A stretch of DNA of 64,000 nt, from the NCBI RefSeq assembly GCF_009914755.1, contig NC_060926.1, one strand, 5' to 3'. Both the position numbers and the translations under genes were made by a program. The notes beneath the pieces are model-generated. The model searched no databases. It was not told the origin of the DNA and saw only the letters and a list, made by a program, of their open reading frames with translations. This stretch comes from the human T2T-CHM13v2.0 reference genome, Homo sapiens. Positions 41,816-55,435 of this stretch are shown here, piece by piece. Position 1 is the stretch's first letter; every line of letters starts with the position of its first letter.

Positions 41816-43730
41816 AGTTTTATCTTAACAGATGGAAAAACAAATGTATTTATCTTTCATATGCCTTCTATTACACTTCTGATGTCTTCATTTATAGGGC
41901 TAAAATATGCATTCACTCTATTTTCAATCTTGGTCTTTGGTCTTTTAAAGAAGCCCAAGGGCTGACTGGTGACATTCAAAATAATGTGTTATGCAAGAAA
42001 CCAATTTTAGGGATGAACGATACTTCTTCAGCTATAACTCCTAAAAATCATCAGAATTGGAACACTGGAAAAGAATTTAAGATATTTTTGTCTACTCTGT
42101 AACTCTTTTTGTACATTTTTTCTCTTATAACAAGCATCTACTTTAAGTTGAAGAGGATCCGTTAACTATCCAACTAAGTATATTTCAAATGCTCTAAAAG
42201 TTCAGACTTGACTTAACTAAAATCCTCTAGGTACAATACTACCAGAAGCACATGCTTCTCATTTTTATCTAATAAAGTTTCTTTAATCAGTGAAGGCCTA
42301 TAAGAATGTGATGTCCCTTAAAAGAAATGCATTGCAAAATTCCAAAAAATTATTTCTTTTATACTCTCTTTGTGTAAATATCCTACTTTTCAAAATTTAC
42401 CAATGTTATAAGAACTCCAAATTATTTAAATTAGAATCAAGCAAATGGTAATATTATTTTAAAATGTTCCTAGAGTGGTACCCTCCCAGCTCTTGCACTC
42501 TGCTGTTTTTAATGTGTGGGCCCCTGATGGTCTTCCATGAGAACCAGAAATCTGTAAGACTCTATCTTGCATTTAAGATAAAGTGGTTTAGGTACTTCAT
42601 TACGTGTTCATTTTAATGGTGCAGTGCACTCATTAATATGCTTTATCAACACTAAATAAGTAACCTAGTGTATGTATGAGCAATCATTGATATTAGCCTA
42701 ATGAGAAATTACTGGGCAGTAAGTACTATGATAAGAAACATATCATAGGTTTATATTACAAATTAAATAGAGAATTGCAAAAATTTTCTGAGTTTTCTAA
42801 GCAAAATATTTTGGGCCCTAAATTATTTGGCTATTGTTATTGCTTTGTTGATGGAGAAATACTCAGCACAGAGATGCTTTTCTAATCTATAATCCAGTAT
42901 CACAAAGGAAGCATCCACCATTAAAAAAATCAAAAATCATACCTCAAATAATAATAAAAATATCAATGGAATATTAATGATTGCTTATTATATGTACCAA
43001 TAATTTTACATACTCTAATTTGTACAAAAGCTTTTCAGGTAGGTAATATTATTATCATGTTGCAGATGAGGAGATTGAGTTTTAGAAGATTTGTGTGAAT
43101 TACCCAAGGCAACAAAGCTAGTGAGCAGCAGAGTGAGGATTCAGTTCATGCCAGCTGATGTAGAAGCTATGTGCTTACTATACTATTCAACTCTAATAAG
43201 ATATGTCTTTCATTAGTACCTTTCTTCTCATATGTATGAACTCTGATGGTCCAAACATATATAAGCACCAGGTACATACACTCATGCCTGAATGAAATGC
43301 CTGCTGTATACACTATGCCATGGGAAGTAAAGTAAGGACTCATTCACCCTTTCCTCAAGGAGCTTACAATGTAGATCGAGGGGATAAGACGTTAACAAAG
43401 ATACGTATAATCACAAGCAAAATATGTCAATAGCCATAAGAAACATATTCTGGCAATGCACGGAAGAAAGAAATCCTGTTGGCTAAGTGGGACAAAAAGA
43501 GTCTTTATAAAGAAGGTAAGGTGAATCTTTTGGGGAACAGTGAAGTGGAAAATCAGGATTTTGCACAAAGCATGCTTTATGCCAAAAAGCTTAAGGTACG
43601 TTGTAGGCATGACTTGTTTTATTCTGGCTGGGCTGGGACAGGGCATGTATAAAAACTGCCTAGAGACTGGGCACTCTTTATACTCTTTGATGAATTTGTA
43701 CCAAATTATTAAACAGTGGGAAACTATTGA

Positions 43731-44057
<327 letters not shown>

Positions 44058-45422
44058 ACTATTGAAGTTTTGAAGTAAGGAATGATATCATTCATTCAAA
44101 AACTATTTGTGGGGTGTCAGTATGTGCCTGGCACTGTGACAGATGATGGGAATATTGAGGTGAACAAGACCAGTCCATTTCCTGCCCTCATAGATCCTAC
44201 AAGTTGATGGGGAGAAAGAGGCTAATTTTCACTATGACTAAGAATGTGATGGCCCTGCATGAAACAGAAGCAAAGCCTCTGAGTAGAAAAAACTTTGATG
44301 GTTTGGTTTACATTTCCTCTACTACCTTTTCTTAAAGTAAATATTTTATTTTAGAATAATTTTAGATTCTATTACTATTAGAGTCTAATATCATTTAAAG
44401 GTAATTTAGAAAATTTATTTCAATTACTATTAAGGTTGCTATTTGATCATTTAATGCGTATCCTTCTATGTCATAACTCTGTGGGACAAATTTCAGAAAG
44501 ACTAACACATTTAAACATCAGTTAGTTGCACAATCTAAACTGCTACTGCAACTAGGTAGATAAACATGTTAAAGAAATGTCTTTGGTACATCTGTACTTG
44601 GCTCTGATCCCTCTGAGCATAGCAAGTTACAAAGTGTTGAGTTGGAAAACTTTGTAATGACCAAAGAGGTATTACAAATACAGAAAGGCCAATTTTAAAA
44701 GAAGTCAACGAGAAAGGTATACAAACTGCCCAACTATAATCAAACACTTGCATGAAAAAAAAATTGTAGGTAAGACCTGCTTGTATTAAAGGTTTTTCAC
44801 AGAAACATAAAACTCAGAGATTTATGAAACTAAAAAGTATGGAAGATTACTGAATTAATCCTGAGGTAAATAATGTCCCAGTAGAAATTAGCAGTAAGGT
44901 AAGCACTCCAAAACAATCAAATTAGCAGGGGGACATAAACTGATATGAGGGTAAAGGGACGACTAGTGAGAAATAAGAAATCAGACTACAGCCAAATTAA
45001 AAAAAAATTTAAATATATTGATGCTTAGTTTCCTTTAAGCATTGCAACATATGATATTGACAAATGTGGTGACAGCTGGTAAAAACTGTATATGTTAATT
45101 GCCAACATCACATAACTAATATTTACTATAAAAAGTGTCCCTAAAATAACTTTCTTTCATCATCAGATAGCCATATCCATCTAGCATTCCCTGTTTATGT
45201 TTTGAAATGTATGTATTACATTTTTTCTTCTCCTTTTAGGATTAAAATATAAAGTTTTATGTTCCCTAATATATCTACTTTAAGAATATTCTAAATATTG
45301 AAAATAAAAAATTTTTTAATAAAATACCACTGACAGCTGTTCTCTACTTATCATTTCTTAGCAGGGTGAAGACTATATTTGCTCACATAAATTGTGTCCT
45401 TATAACAGAAAAAGCTTCTTAG

Positions 45423-45732
45423 GGCTGGTGCGGTGGCTTATTCCTGTAATCCCAGCACTTTGGGAGGCGGACGCAAGCAGATCACTTGAGTTCAGGAGTT
45501 CTAGACCAGCCTGGCCTACATGGTGAAACCCCGTCTCCACTAAAAATACAAAAATTAGACAGGCATGGTGGTGCATGCCTGTAATCCCAGCTACCTGGAA
45601 GGCTGAGGCAGGAAAATTGCTTGAACTTGGGAGGCAGAGGCTGCAGCGAACCAAGATGGGACCACTACACTCCAAACTGGGTGACACAGTGAGACTCCAT
45701 CTAAAAAACAAACAACAACAACAAAAGAAAAA
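45423..45732 (+). mobile_element. AluS
   Basis: Full dimer; TSD-like aaaagcttcttag / aaaagcatctcag. Confidence 0.92.
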
Positions 45733-46587
45733 GCATCTCAGAAAAACGTTCCCCTTTTTCATTGATTCCATGCAAATGATACTTCACCCTATTGTTTACT
45801 TGTCCTGAAATTTCAAAGCAGCAGAAATTCTGCTATACATTATCCTTTTATCTGGTATTTATTGAAAATGTATTTGGCTATGATTTGAAATATATAACAT
45901 AGTGTCAGGTTTATTTTCTCATGTAACGAGTCAAGAAGTAGGTGGTTGCTGCCTTTCTTTCAGTTATTCAACACTATAATCAATCACTGTCTTGTCTTTT
46001 TATATTTCTGTTCGCTATCTTCTATGTGTTGGGTTTCCTTCCCGGTGGGTGTCATATCAGGGTCACAAAATGGCTGCTATTGCCCAGTAATACTCGAATG
46101 CTCGAGCGAGGGCAGGATGGAGGGAGGGGCTGCTAGCTGTATCTGTCTCCTTTTGTCAGAAAAGCAAAAGCTTTCCGGGAAGCTCTCCTAGCGGCGACTC
46201 CTTACATCTCAAGGCCACAAATTTCAAAGAGTGGAAAAGCAGAAAACAAGATTCTCATTTTTGGCACCATTGTGAGACATTGCCTAGGAAAGGCATATTG
46301 ACAATTCAAACAAAATCTTAAATTCTAGTAGCAAAGGACACAGAGGAATGAATATTTGGTACGGGACAGAAAGGATCTGCCTAAATGCCCTAGTTCATTT
46401 GAATGTAAAATTCTTAAAGGCTGGGATTGTGCCTGTTCTCTTCTTTGTGTATAGGACTCAGATCATAAGAAAAATCTTTGACACTACAAATTCTATACAC
46501 TAAGGCAGTATCCCCAAATTTCATTCAATTTTTCTAATATGGGGGTGCTACTGAGCACAAAACTAGAAAGAGATTATAAATATACAT

Positions 46588-46865
46588 ATTCTTGGTCAGT
46601 TTAGACTACTATAGCAAAATATGATGCACTAGGTGGTTTAAATGATCTCCTCTTAGGGCCCTTGCTGTGTCCTTGTATGGTGGAGAGACAGTTCTCTGGC
46701 CTCTCTTCTCTTCTTATAAGGCCACTAATTCCATCATGGGGACTTCACCCTCACGTCCTGATCTAAACCTGAGCACCCCCCAAAGGTTCCACATTCAAAT
46801 ACCATCACACTAGAGGTTAGGGCTTCAACATATAAATTTGGGGGAAGATAAGCGTTTAGACCATT
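46588..46865 (-). mobile_element. MaLR LTR fragment (MLT1A/MST-like)
   Basis: ctcttcttataaggccactaattccatcatggggac..aataccatcacact.gaggttagggcttcaacata. Confidence 0.7.
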
Positions 46866-49685
46866 ATTTATTTATATGTTAAAAATAATATAGAATATTC
46901 CCAGAAGTCAATTTTTGCTCCATGTATTAGAATACTTATTAAACCTTCCTATGCCCAGCAAAATTGTAGACACTGAAAAAATACCAACAGAAAATGGTCC
47001 AGCTTTTAATGCATTTAAGCTGAAATAAGAAGTGGTGAACACAGATCCAAATTGAACTAAAATGTTATGTAATCTATAATAGCAACCTTTTATCTGGTGT
47101 CTATTATGTGATAATGGTATAACGTACTTTATCTAATCTTCACAACAACACTGCTAGGTAGTTATTAGCCTCATCTTAAGTGTTAGAAAACAGAGAACAC
47201 TGAGAGGCTAAGAAATTCATTCAAGGCCACCCAGGGCATAAGCAGTGGAGCTGAAGTTTGGACAAGATTTCTTTTTCTCCCCAAGCCATGCTTGCACATA
47301 ATGCACATACCACTACATGCTGATTAATTCATTTTATGAATAAAATCTTCCCTCTTATAATTCTGCTTTGTTTTTATGCTTTTTCATTCCTAGCTTTCTC
47401 ACTGGTGACTTATGTGGATGAATCAATGGGAACAAGGTCAGATCATGGACAGATGAGAAAATAATGAGACATTAGATTATTAAGAGAGATGAAGTTAAGA
47501 GTGAGAGGTGAATGAAAGGGAAGAAGGGGTGAAAGCTCAGGATTATGAAGGGAATAAACAGGAAAGAGGAGAGAGAAGAAGAGAATGAATACTACCCAGA
47601 TATTTCTCTGGGCACTGTGGATCTGATGGAATGGTGGTATCCCACCCTGTAACCCTGTCTTCTCTGATCTCTGGCCAAGTGTGTGGCTTGGCACTGCACA
47701 ACTAACAGTTAGCAGCATTCTGGGGAGAGGCTCATGGTAGTGACCAAATTGCACTTTCCCTAGCTATTCTTGTGTTCTAATCCTCCCCTGAAGGTCTTTT
47801 ATGGTTAATCTCAAACCATATAAATATTTAACTCTCCTTTTAGTTACATTGCAGAAGCCTGTTCTCAAACAAGTATAAGTTTCAGTAACCACAAATTGAT
47901 ACTAATCTACCCTAATGTCACTGTGTTCCTCTTCTTCAAGTGAGTTGAAAGCATGGATCCATACAATTTGTCTTGTTCAGTTTGTACCTACTTGTATCTT
48001 CCATTAACAGAGCATAGACTCTCAGGTATGGAGAACAGATTAAGATCCAATTACTCAGCCAAAATTTCAATCCACCTCTCTCCAGGACATTTTTTTGTTT
48101 TTGTTTTTGTTTTTCTTTAACATCCTCCAAACTGGTAGTATAGCTATATCGAGTACTTCCAGTCCATGGAACCTAACACTTCCTCAAGTAGTCCTTTCCA
48201 TGCTTAGACAACTTCGACTTTAGAGTGTGGTTTCTTATTTCACCAGTCAGGATAGCTAAGCTGTTCTGCAGTAACAAACAGCCCTAAAGTGTCAGCTCTA
48301 ATACAACAGAGGCTTTCTTTTTTTTTTTTTTTTTTTGGCTAACATTATGTGCCTATCAAATCAGCTTGGCTCTGGTATATATTGATATCCATCTGGGATC
48401 CTGGCTGAGGGAGAAGCCCCTCTCTGGGACATTTCTGATCTCATGGCAGAGGAAAAGAGGTCCTGGAGGATCGTATACTGGCCATTAGAGCTTCCACATG
48501 TCATTAGCCAACATGCATCACATGGAGTCATCCCACAGAGAAGGACAGGGCCAGGAGCAAGACAACCCAGAGAACAGCCGTAAATATCTGGAATAACAGT
48601 GCAATGTACCACATAGTTATTGAGTCAAATCCTTTTCCAAGTCATATCCCTCCTTCCCCATTGCCTTTTCTCTTTACCAGCTCTACAAATGTTAGGAATC
48701 CTTAGCCATGTTTTCTTCGAGCTGTCTTTCTTCTAGTCTAATTGGCTCCAATTCCTCCACTGACCTGTTCCCTGTATCTAGTGGTCTTATCTGACATTCT
48801 CTTGAGCCTTTTCAGCTGTCTCAAGTCAACTGGTGAGAGAATTGTTGGTCTATTCTCCAAAGGAAGTGGTCCCTTGACATACTTTCCTTTAGGATGATGG
48901 GTTTGGCGATGTGGCTGAGGCTTCTAGACAAAAAAAGCTTTCCTTAAACAATATCTCAACTAATCAGTCTCCAAATATTTTAGTAGCTTAAATCTTTAGG
49001 CTTTTCACAAATGCCCAGACACTTTGCCTGTTATATATTAGAATGTAGAGATGTTTGAGCACTTCCAGAGGGCAAATGTCACATCCCTGACTATACTTTA
49101 GGTAACTTAGCAATATATATACATGGTTGTATTGACAAAACTCCTCAAGCCTACTATTTTTTCATAGGACTGGCTCAGAATGTGGACTTTGGAAATAACC
49201 AGTCTTGGATCAAACCCTGATTCCACTCAGTACTACCTATACGACCTTTGACAAGTTAATTAATCCTGAGCTCTTATTTCCTCATCTAATGAGATACAGA
49301 CAATAAGAGTTATCTTTCTCATGTGGCTGTTGAGAGGATTAAATGACAACAGTGGGGCTCAATCAGTGTCTTCTTTTGTTACCATACTGGGGTCCTAGCA
49401 CTCAGAGCTATTTCTGGTCTTACTCAAGGACCAGGTCCTCTAGCATCCCTGGGTTTACCATGGTTATGCATAGCTCCCTCCTCTCTCCCAGGTGTCCTTC
49501 TCTCCTCCTGAAATGTTTCAGCCTCAAGTCAGCATCATCCGAGCTTGACCAGTATCTCTCAAGGTGTTGTCCAAGAACAAGCTGCACTGGAATCACCTGG
49601 AGGCCCACGTGGCTCCATTTCAGACTAACTGACAGAGTTAGAAGATGAAACTAGTAAATCTGTATTTTAACAAGCTTCCCCCAGC

Positions 49686-49880
49686 TAGAGGTGCCAGATA
49701 AATTATAGGACATCCAGTTAAATTTGAATTTCAGATAAACAATGAACAATTTTCAGTATAAGTATGTCTGTCCCATGCAATATTTGGAACATACTTATAC
49801 TAAAAAAAAATTTATTATTTATCTGAAATTCAAATTAAATGGAGTATCCTGTACTTTTAATTGCTAAATCTGGCAAACAA
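49686..49880 (+). mobile_element. MER53 palindromic hAT MITE, nested in a MER5-like element (~49540-49925)
   Basis: Arms tgccagat..caggaca.ccagttaaatttgaatttcagataaa..agtataagtatgt / acatacttatact..tttatctgaaattcaaatt..tcctgta..atctggca form a long inverted repeat. Confidence 0.82.
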
Positions 49881-49968
49881 ATCTCAGGGATTCCAATTCT
49901 TACTAAATTTGAAGACCACTGGTTTAAGATATTTGGCAAAAATCTCAAATTCAACTTCATGAGCTTCC

Positions 49969-50236
49969 AAGGAGGGAGGGAGGGAAAGAACGAAGGAAGG
50001 AAGGAAGGAAACGAAAGGAAAGGGAAGGGAAGGAAGGAAGGAAGGAAGGAAATGAAAGGAAAGGGAAGGGAAGGGAAGGGAGGGAAGGGAGGGAAGGAAG
50101 GGAAGGGAGGGAAGGGAAGGAAGGGAAGGAAGGGAAGGAAGGGAAGGAAGGGAAGGAAGGGAAGGAGAGAAGGAGGGAGGAAGGAGAAGAGAGGAAAGAA
50201 AGAAAGGAAGAAAGAGACAAAGAGAGGAAAGAAAAG
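49969..50236 (+). repeat. Polypurine (GGAA/GGGAA/GGGAAGGAA)n tract
   Basis: 268 nt with only four pyrimidines. Confidence 0.95.
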
Positions 50237-50440
50237 CAAAGCAAGCGAAGCTTATAGACGGAACACAGATGGCCCATGCATCCACAAAACAAATATGCAC
50301 AAGACCAAGTAGGTTAGCATTTGTTTCAGCAGCCACAGTGGCAAACATAGACAATCCAGCAGCCAGAGAAAAATCCACTTCCTTGTTTCTCTAGTTTGGA
50401 ATTGGGCTTTAGGTGTCTCTGTCTCCTTCTGCTGCTTTCT

Positions 50441-50473
<33 letters not shown>

Positions 50474-53199
50474 TCTAAACATCTCCATGCTATGCTAGCC
50501 AACACCTACTCATCCTCATTTGGTATTTCCTCTTTTGCTTTTTTGCTTTCCTACAAAGCATCTTGGGCCCATCCTCCTCTGTCTGCCCCAAACATCAGAA
50601 TACCTAATCAAATAGTCATATAGCCATCTTTCTCCCTCTAATATTAAGTGTGGACTCCCTCAATTTTAGTTTTCTGATGGGATTTTCCTAATTCTCAAAC
50701 CATTCTGTCTTATGTGTACTAGAGTAATGCATTGTGTTTTTGGTTCGTGTACATTTACAGAGGCCTTAAAAGAGACATTAGCTGATTTTTCACAATAACC
50801 CCATAATCGAGGCAGATGAAAAACGGAGCCCTTTTATTCCTAGGCCAAGACCCTTCTTACTCAGCCATTGTCTCATCTCAGGTTATTATACTCACATCAT
50901 TCATTTGTCATTTTAGAATAGTGATTAAAGCACAGCTGTGTGCCTTGGTTAGTTTTATTTTTTTCTTAACCAATCTAAGCTTCCATTTCCTCATTTGTAA
51001 ACTTAGGTTAACAATAGTGCCTACATCATGAGCACTGGGTTTAGTCAGATGATCAAAGTCTTAGCACTGTGACTGCAAATTGTAAGCACTCAAAATATTA
51101 GCCATTATTAAAACTATCTTGTGGGCCAATTCTTTTCCAGGCCCAGCTTTTCTCTTGTTGTCTTTCAGCAAATAGAGATATAAAATGGAAAACTTAGACT
51201 AAAACCAGCAGAACAAGAAGTATCAATGGCTGCACAAGGAAGTAATGCAGACCTATGCTAAATTTTCTCTTGGTAAACACTTCCTTTTTCATACCCCTCT
51301 CCCTTGAACTTTTTCACCTCCACTCCTACAATTTTATGTTATGCAGAGTCAAAAATATAATCATCCTAAACTAGGCTCAGCAGTGTGGACAGTAACTGAT
51401 TGAAATATGAGGTTCTTTAATTAGAAGCAGGAACTAGAGTATAGTACTAAGAATAATGGTAATATAATTATTTGCATCTTGTCTAACTTCCTCATTTACA
51501 CTGGCCTTCTTCATTTCTATCTCATTCCCTGATAAATATGGTATCTCAAAGCCAAATGTTTGGGACTCCAATATTATCATTGTGTTCACCTTCTTTACCC
51601 ATTAGGGCCTTTATATGATAATAAGTGTAATATGATATCCCCAATGAATGAGATAGAGTGGCCCATACAGGAGCGACCTCAAAGCACTTTTTCTGTACTG
51701 CAGATGCAGTGCAAAATTAGGAATATTAGGAAAATTACGACTGCTTTCTTCAGAAAATACTCAGGGCAATATTGTTGTGGATAATGGGAAATAACTGGTG
51801 GTTTTTGAACAAGGAAAGTGAATGTCGGTTATAGTATTGAATAGAATAGTGTTCTAGAAATAGACAATCTATGTAGACCAGTAAGTCTGAAGTCAGGGTC
51901 ACTGTGCAGCAACAGAGGACATAATCTGAGAGGCTACCTTTTCATGACTGTGTCAGCAAATACACCACCATTGCTTTTCATCTTAGAGGCAGCACAAAAC
52001 TATGCAAAAGAAAAATCAATCAAGAACATATTTAGGACACAGCAGGGAAGGCTCCTATAAACATTTTTTTGGGAAGAACATAGATATATGATGCTTTTTT
52101 AAAAAGTTATCAGTGGAAAAAATTGGAATTTCACAGGACTTTGTTATATTTGTTTTTGGCTTAGAGTTTGTTTTGTTTGGTTTCTTTGTTTAACTATATT
52201 TTTGGAAGGGTAGAAGGTGGATGGACATTGTAATCTTCTTTACTATTTAGAAACTCTAAATGTCTTAATCTGATTCAGTCCAGGACTGCATAGGAATTAC
52301 TTGATTTTTGCCATCGACACAGGTATCATAATCCCTTTACTGCTCTATCCGGAGAATGTTGTGTTTTTTCCCCCCTTTAAGATGAGGAATCTGTCAGTAT
52401 GGTTGCTCCCTTATGACTAACAGGTTAGATTATGCTTAAGTATTCTACGTGGTCCCTCCCATAAAAACTGCCTCAGAAACCTCCAGTGCCTCAAATACTC
52501 TTGTCCTTGAATGGTACAAGGAAGTAGAGGATTCCTGGGGCATATATGATACTTAATCTCTCTCTCTGCCTACTGACATTCTAACATTTTGGTGAGCCCC
52601 ATTTTATTTGCTATGGAATTTGACAAACAGTTCAATCCCACAAACATCGAGTGAGCAAGTACCATGTGCAAGCAATTCATTCAATGAATATTTTCAACTC
52701 CTACTACGTATCATGCATAAGATTCACCCTAATGAAGGAGAAGAAGGAGGAGAAGAAGGAAGGAAGGAGGACAAGGAGGAAGTTGGGAGGAATCCCTGTT
52801 CTCAGGAGCTTCAAATCCTGCTGGCTAGAAGATATGTAAACATAAGGGCAATAGAAATCTTATGCTGCCTCTGTGGACTGAGAGTGACAGGGGATAGATC
52901 CTTGAAGAAATAGCAGTGTGCTTGGGGGAAACAGATGCTGGGCAGGCAAAAACTTCTCCTGAAAAATACAAACTGTGACTTGAGCCATGCCTGAGGGAGA
53001 AGTAGAACTTTGATTCCAGTTGAAGCATAGGCAGTAGAAAATGTATGGATTTGAGAGTTAAAAATAATTTTGAACCCATCTTCACCAATGAGCTGTGGTG
53101 ACTGTGAATAAGTTATTTTGCTTCTCTAAGCCTCCACTCTAAAATAGGAATTGTGATGTTTAGCCCAAAGTGTTGAGGTATACATCTCCTCAGGCCTCA

Positions 53200-53460
53200 A
53201 TGCAGTCTTGTATAATGACTTAGAGCATGGACTCTGAAGCCAAACTGCCTCAGTTTGAAGTCTGGTGCTAACACTTAGCTATTAAACTTGGGCAAATTAT
53301 TGAATTTATCAGTACCTCAGTTTCCACATCTGAAAATAGAAATGATAATAGCAAACTGACCTCTCAGTAGTTGTAAATTAAACAGACAGGTTAATGATAT
53401 AAAGTACTTTAATAAGTGACTACACATGGTAAGCCCTATAACCATTTGCTATTATTACCA
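53200..53460 (+). mobile_element. MIR
   Basis: ttagagcatggactctgaagcca.actgcct..ttgggcaaatta..cctcagtttccacatctgaaaat. Confidence 0.7.
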
Positions 53461-54829
53461 AGTGTTTAGTGATACAATATAAGCCATTAAATTACCATAT
53501 TACCTGGTTAGTAGATGCTATTTTTTATTATAGTGCACTGTGATAAACATTGTAAGAAATATAAATGTTCCTTGTATTTTTAGGGAAGACATGAAAGAAA
53601 TTATAGCCTAGTCATAAGTGACACTCACAAGTAATCATAATAAAGATGGTATGTAATAAATATTGCAAGAAAGATCAGATATGTCCAACTGATAGTTCAG
53701 AAGAATAAGGGATCAGGAAGAAAAAAAAACTATAATAGAGACATGGCCTTCTCATCATGGCCTGGGCATGATAGCAAGACCCCATCTCTTCAAAAAATGA
53801 AGAGATATCCCCTAGGAGCATGCAATCCTAGAGGAAGGCATGGGTGTACCTTCCAGATTGGAAGGAGAGGTAATGATTGTTGAGTCAGCAATGCAAGATT
53901 AGGTAGACTATTGCTGGGTGGATTAGTGCAGGGAATGCCTTCCCTGATGAAACCAACAATGGTTGCAAAGGCATAGAAGCATGAAAGGGCAAAAAGTGTG
54001 TGTGTGTGTGCATGTTACAGAAAAAGCAAAGCAGTCAAGAGAGATGGAAGATGTGTACTTGGGGACATCACATGAGCGATGGAGACACAAAGATGAATAA
54101 GACATGAAGGAAATATTTTTGGATGATGCATGCTGGAGACTGTTTTTGTTTTTTGTGTCCTTTTGTCCTTAACTTCCTCCTTCCTTTTTTCCTTCAAAAT
54201 ACATTTACTGATACCTACAATGTGCTAGAGAAATATGACTTTCCTTATATCACCTGTTATATAACAGAGTTTTGTCCCATGATAAGTGATATAATAGAAA
54301 TCGCCTCATATGAAACAAAGTTATGTTATATCAGAAATGTGATAAATAATTTTCCAAGTTACACCGAAACTAGGCCCCAAATAGGGCTCTTTCATTAAAC
54401 TCTTTGTTCAGTTGCTTTCTCTCACTCCCATGTCCCTAAAGTACATGGATAGTAGAGAATCCTTTTTTTTTTTTTCAGTTTATGTGGGCTTAGCAAAGAG
54501 TGGGCAGGCAATAGAGACTTGCAGATCTCAACTGAATTACTGGAGAATTTAATTTTAAATGCTCTAGAAGGTTATCTTCTTCACAACTTGGTGGCAAATT
54601 CTTTCAGGAACTGAAAGTTGCATGTGTTTTAAAGGGGCATAAGCTTGTGGAGAACCTTTCTCTTTGGTTTAGCTGCATCGATATGCTGATTTTTTAAAAT
54701 GCACTGAACATGCAAAAATGAGTATATTATTGACCTCAAATCAATGCCCATCACTGTTTCTATCTTATACAGTGAGCTTCTTGGCTTTTTAATATTTTCA
54801 TTGTGAAGTTATTCCAATGAAGACAAAAT

Positions 54830-55435
54830 TTTGTCAAATTTATTACCCAGGGAGCTTTCAAAATGAAGCAGAGAGACTTTGACCGAGCAATTTCACTTCT
54901 GGAATTTTATTCTACTTATGCATACTTATACATATGTGCAAAGACATATATATCTGAAAGTTTATTATTTTTTCGAAGCATTGTTTATAGGGAGAAAAAG
55001 CAGGTAACAGCCCAACTGTCCTTCAAAAGAGAACTAGTTAATTTATGATATATCCATATAATTAATATTATTCAGTCATTAAAAAGAATAATATAGATCT
55101 ATGTGAGCTTATTTGGAATGATCTCCAGGACATGTTTTTAAATTAAATCACAAATACAAACAAAAGAAAGAGAGAAAGAAAAGTACAGAATAGGTATAAG
55201 GAAGATTTCCATTTGTGAGACATAAATATTTATCTGTGCTTTGTATATTTATTTAGTACACATGAATGCTATGTAGGCATGGAACATTTCTGAAAAGATC
55301 AGCAAGAAAGTACAAATAGTGATTATTTCTGGATGGGAATCTGGACTACGCAGCAGGCACACTTTTCATTGCCTGTCCTTTGTATTATGTGATTTTTACC
55401 ATGCTAATATATTTTTATTAAAAATTAATTAAAGA
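54830..55435 (+). mobile_element. L1ME-like 3' end
   Basis: tttgacc.agcaatttcacttct.ggaattt..agcattgtttatag..cagtcattaaaaagaat..tggaatgatctccagga. Confidence 0.6.

Noticed and set aside
49835-50378. ORFs of 111-164 aa with GKG/PSLP repeats
   Set aside because: Translations of the GGAA microsatellite.
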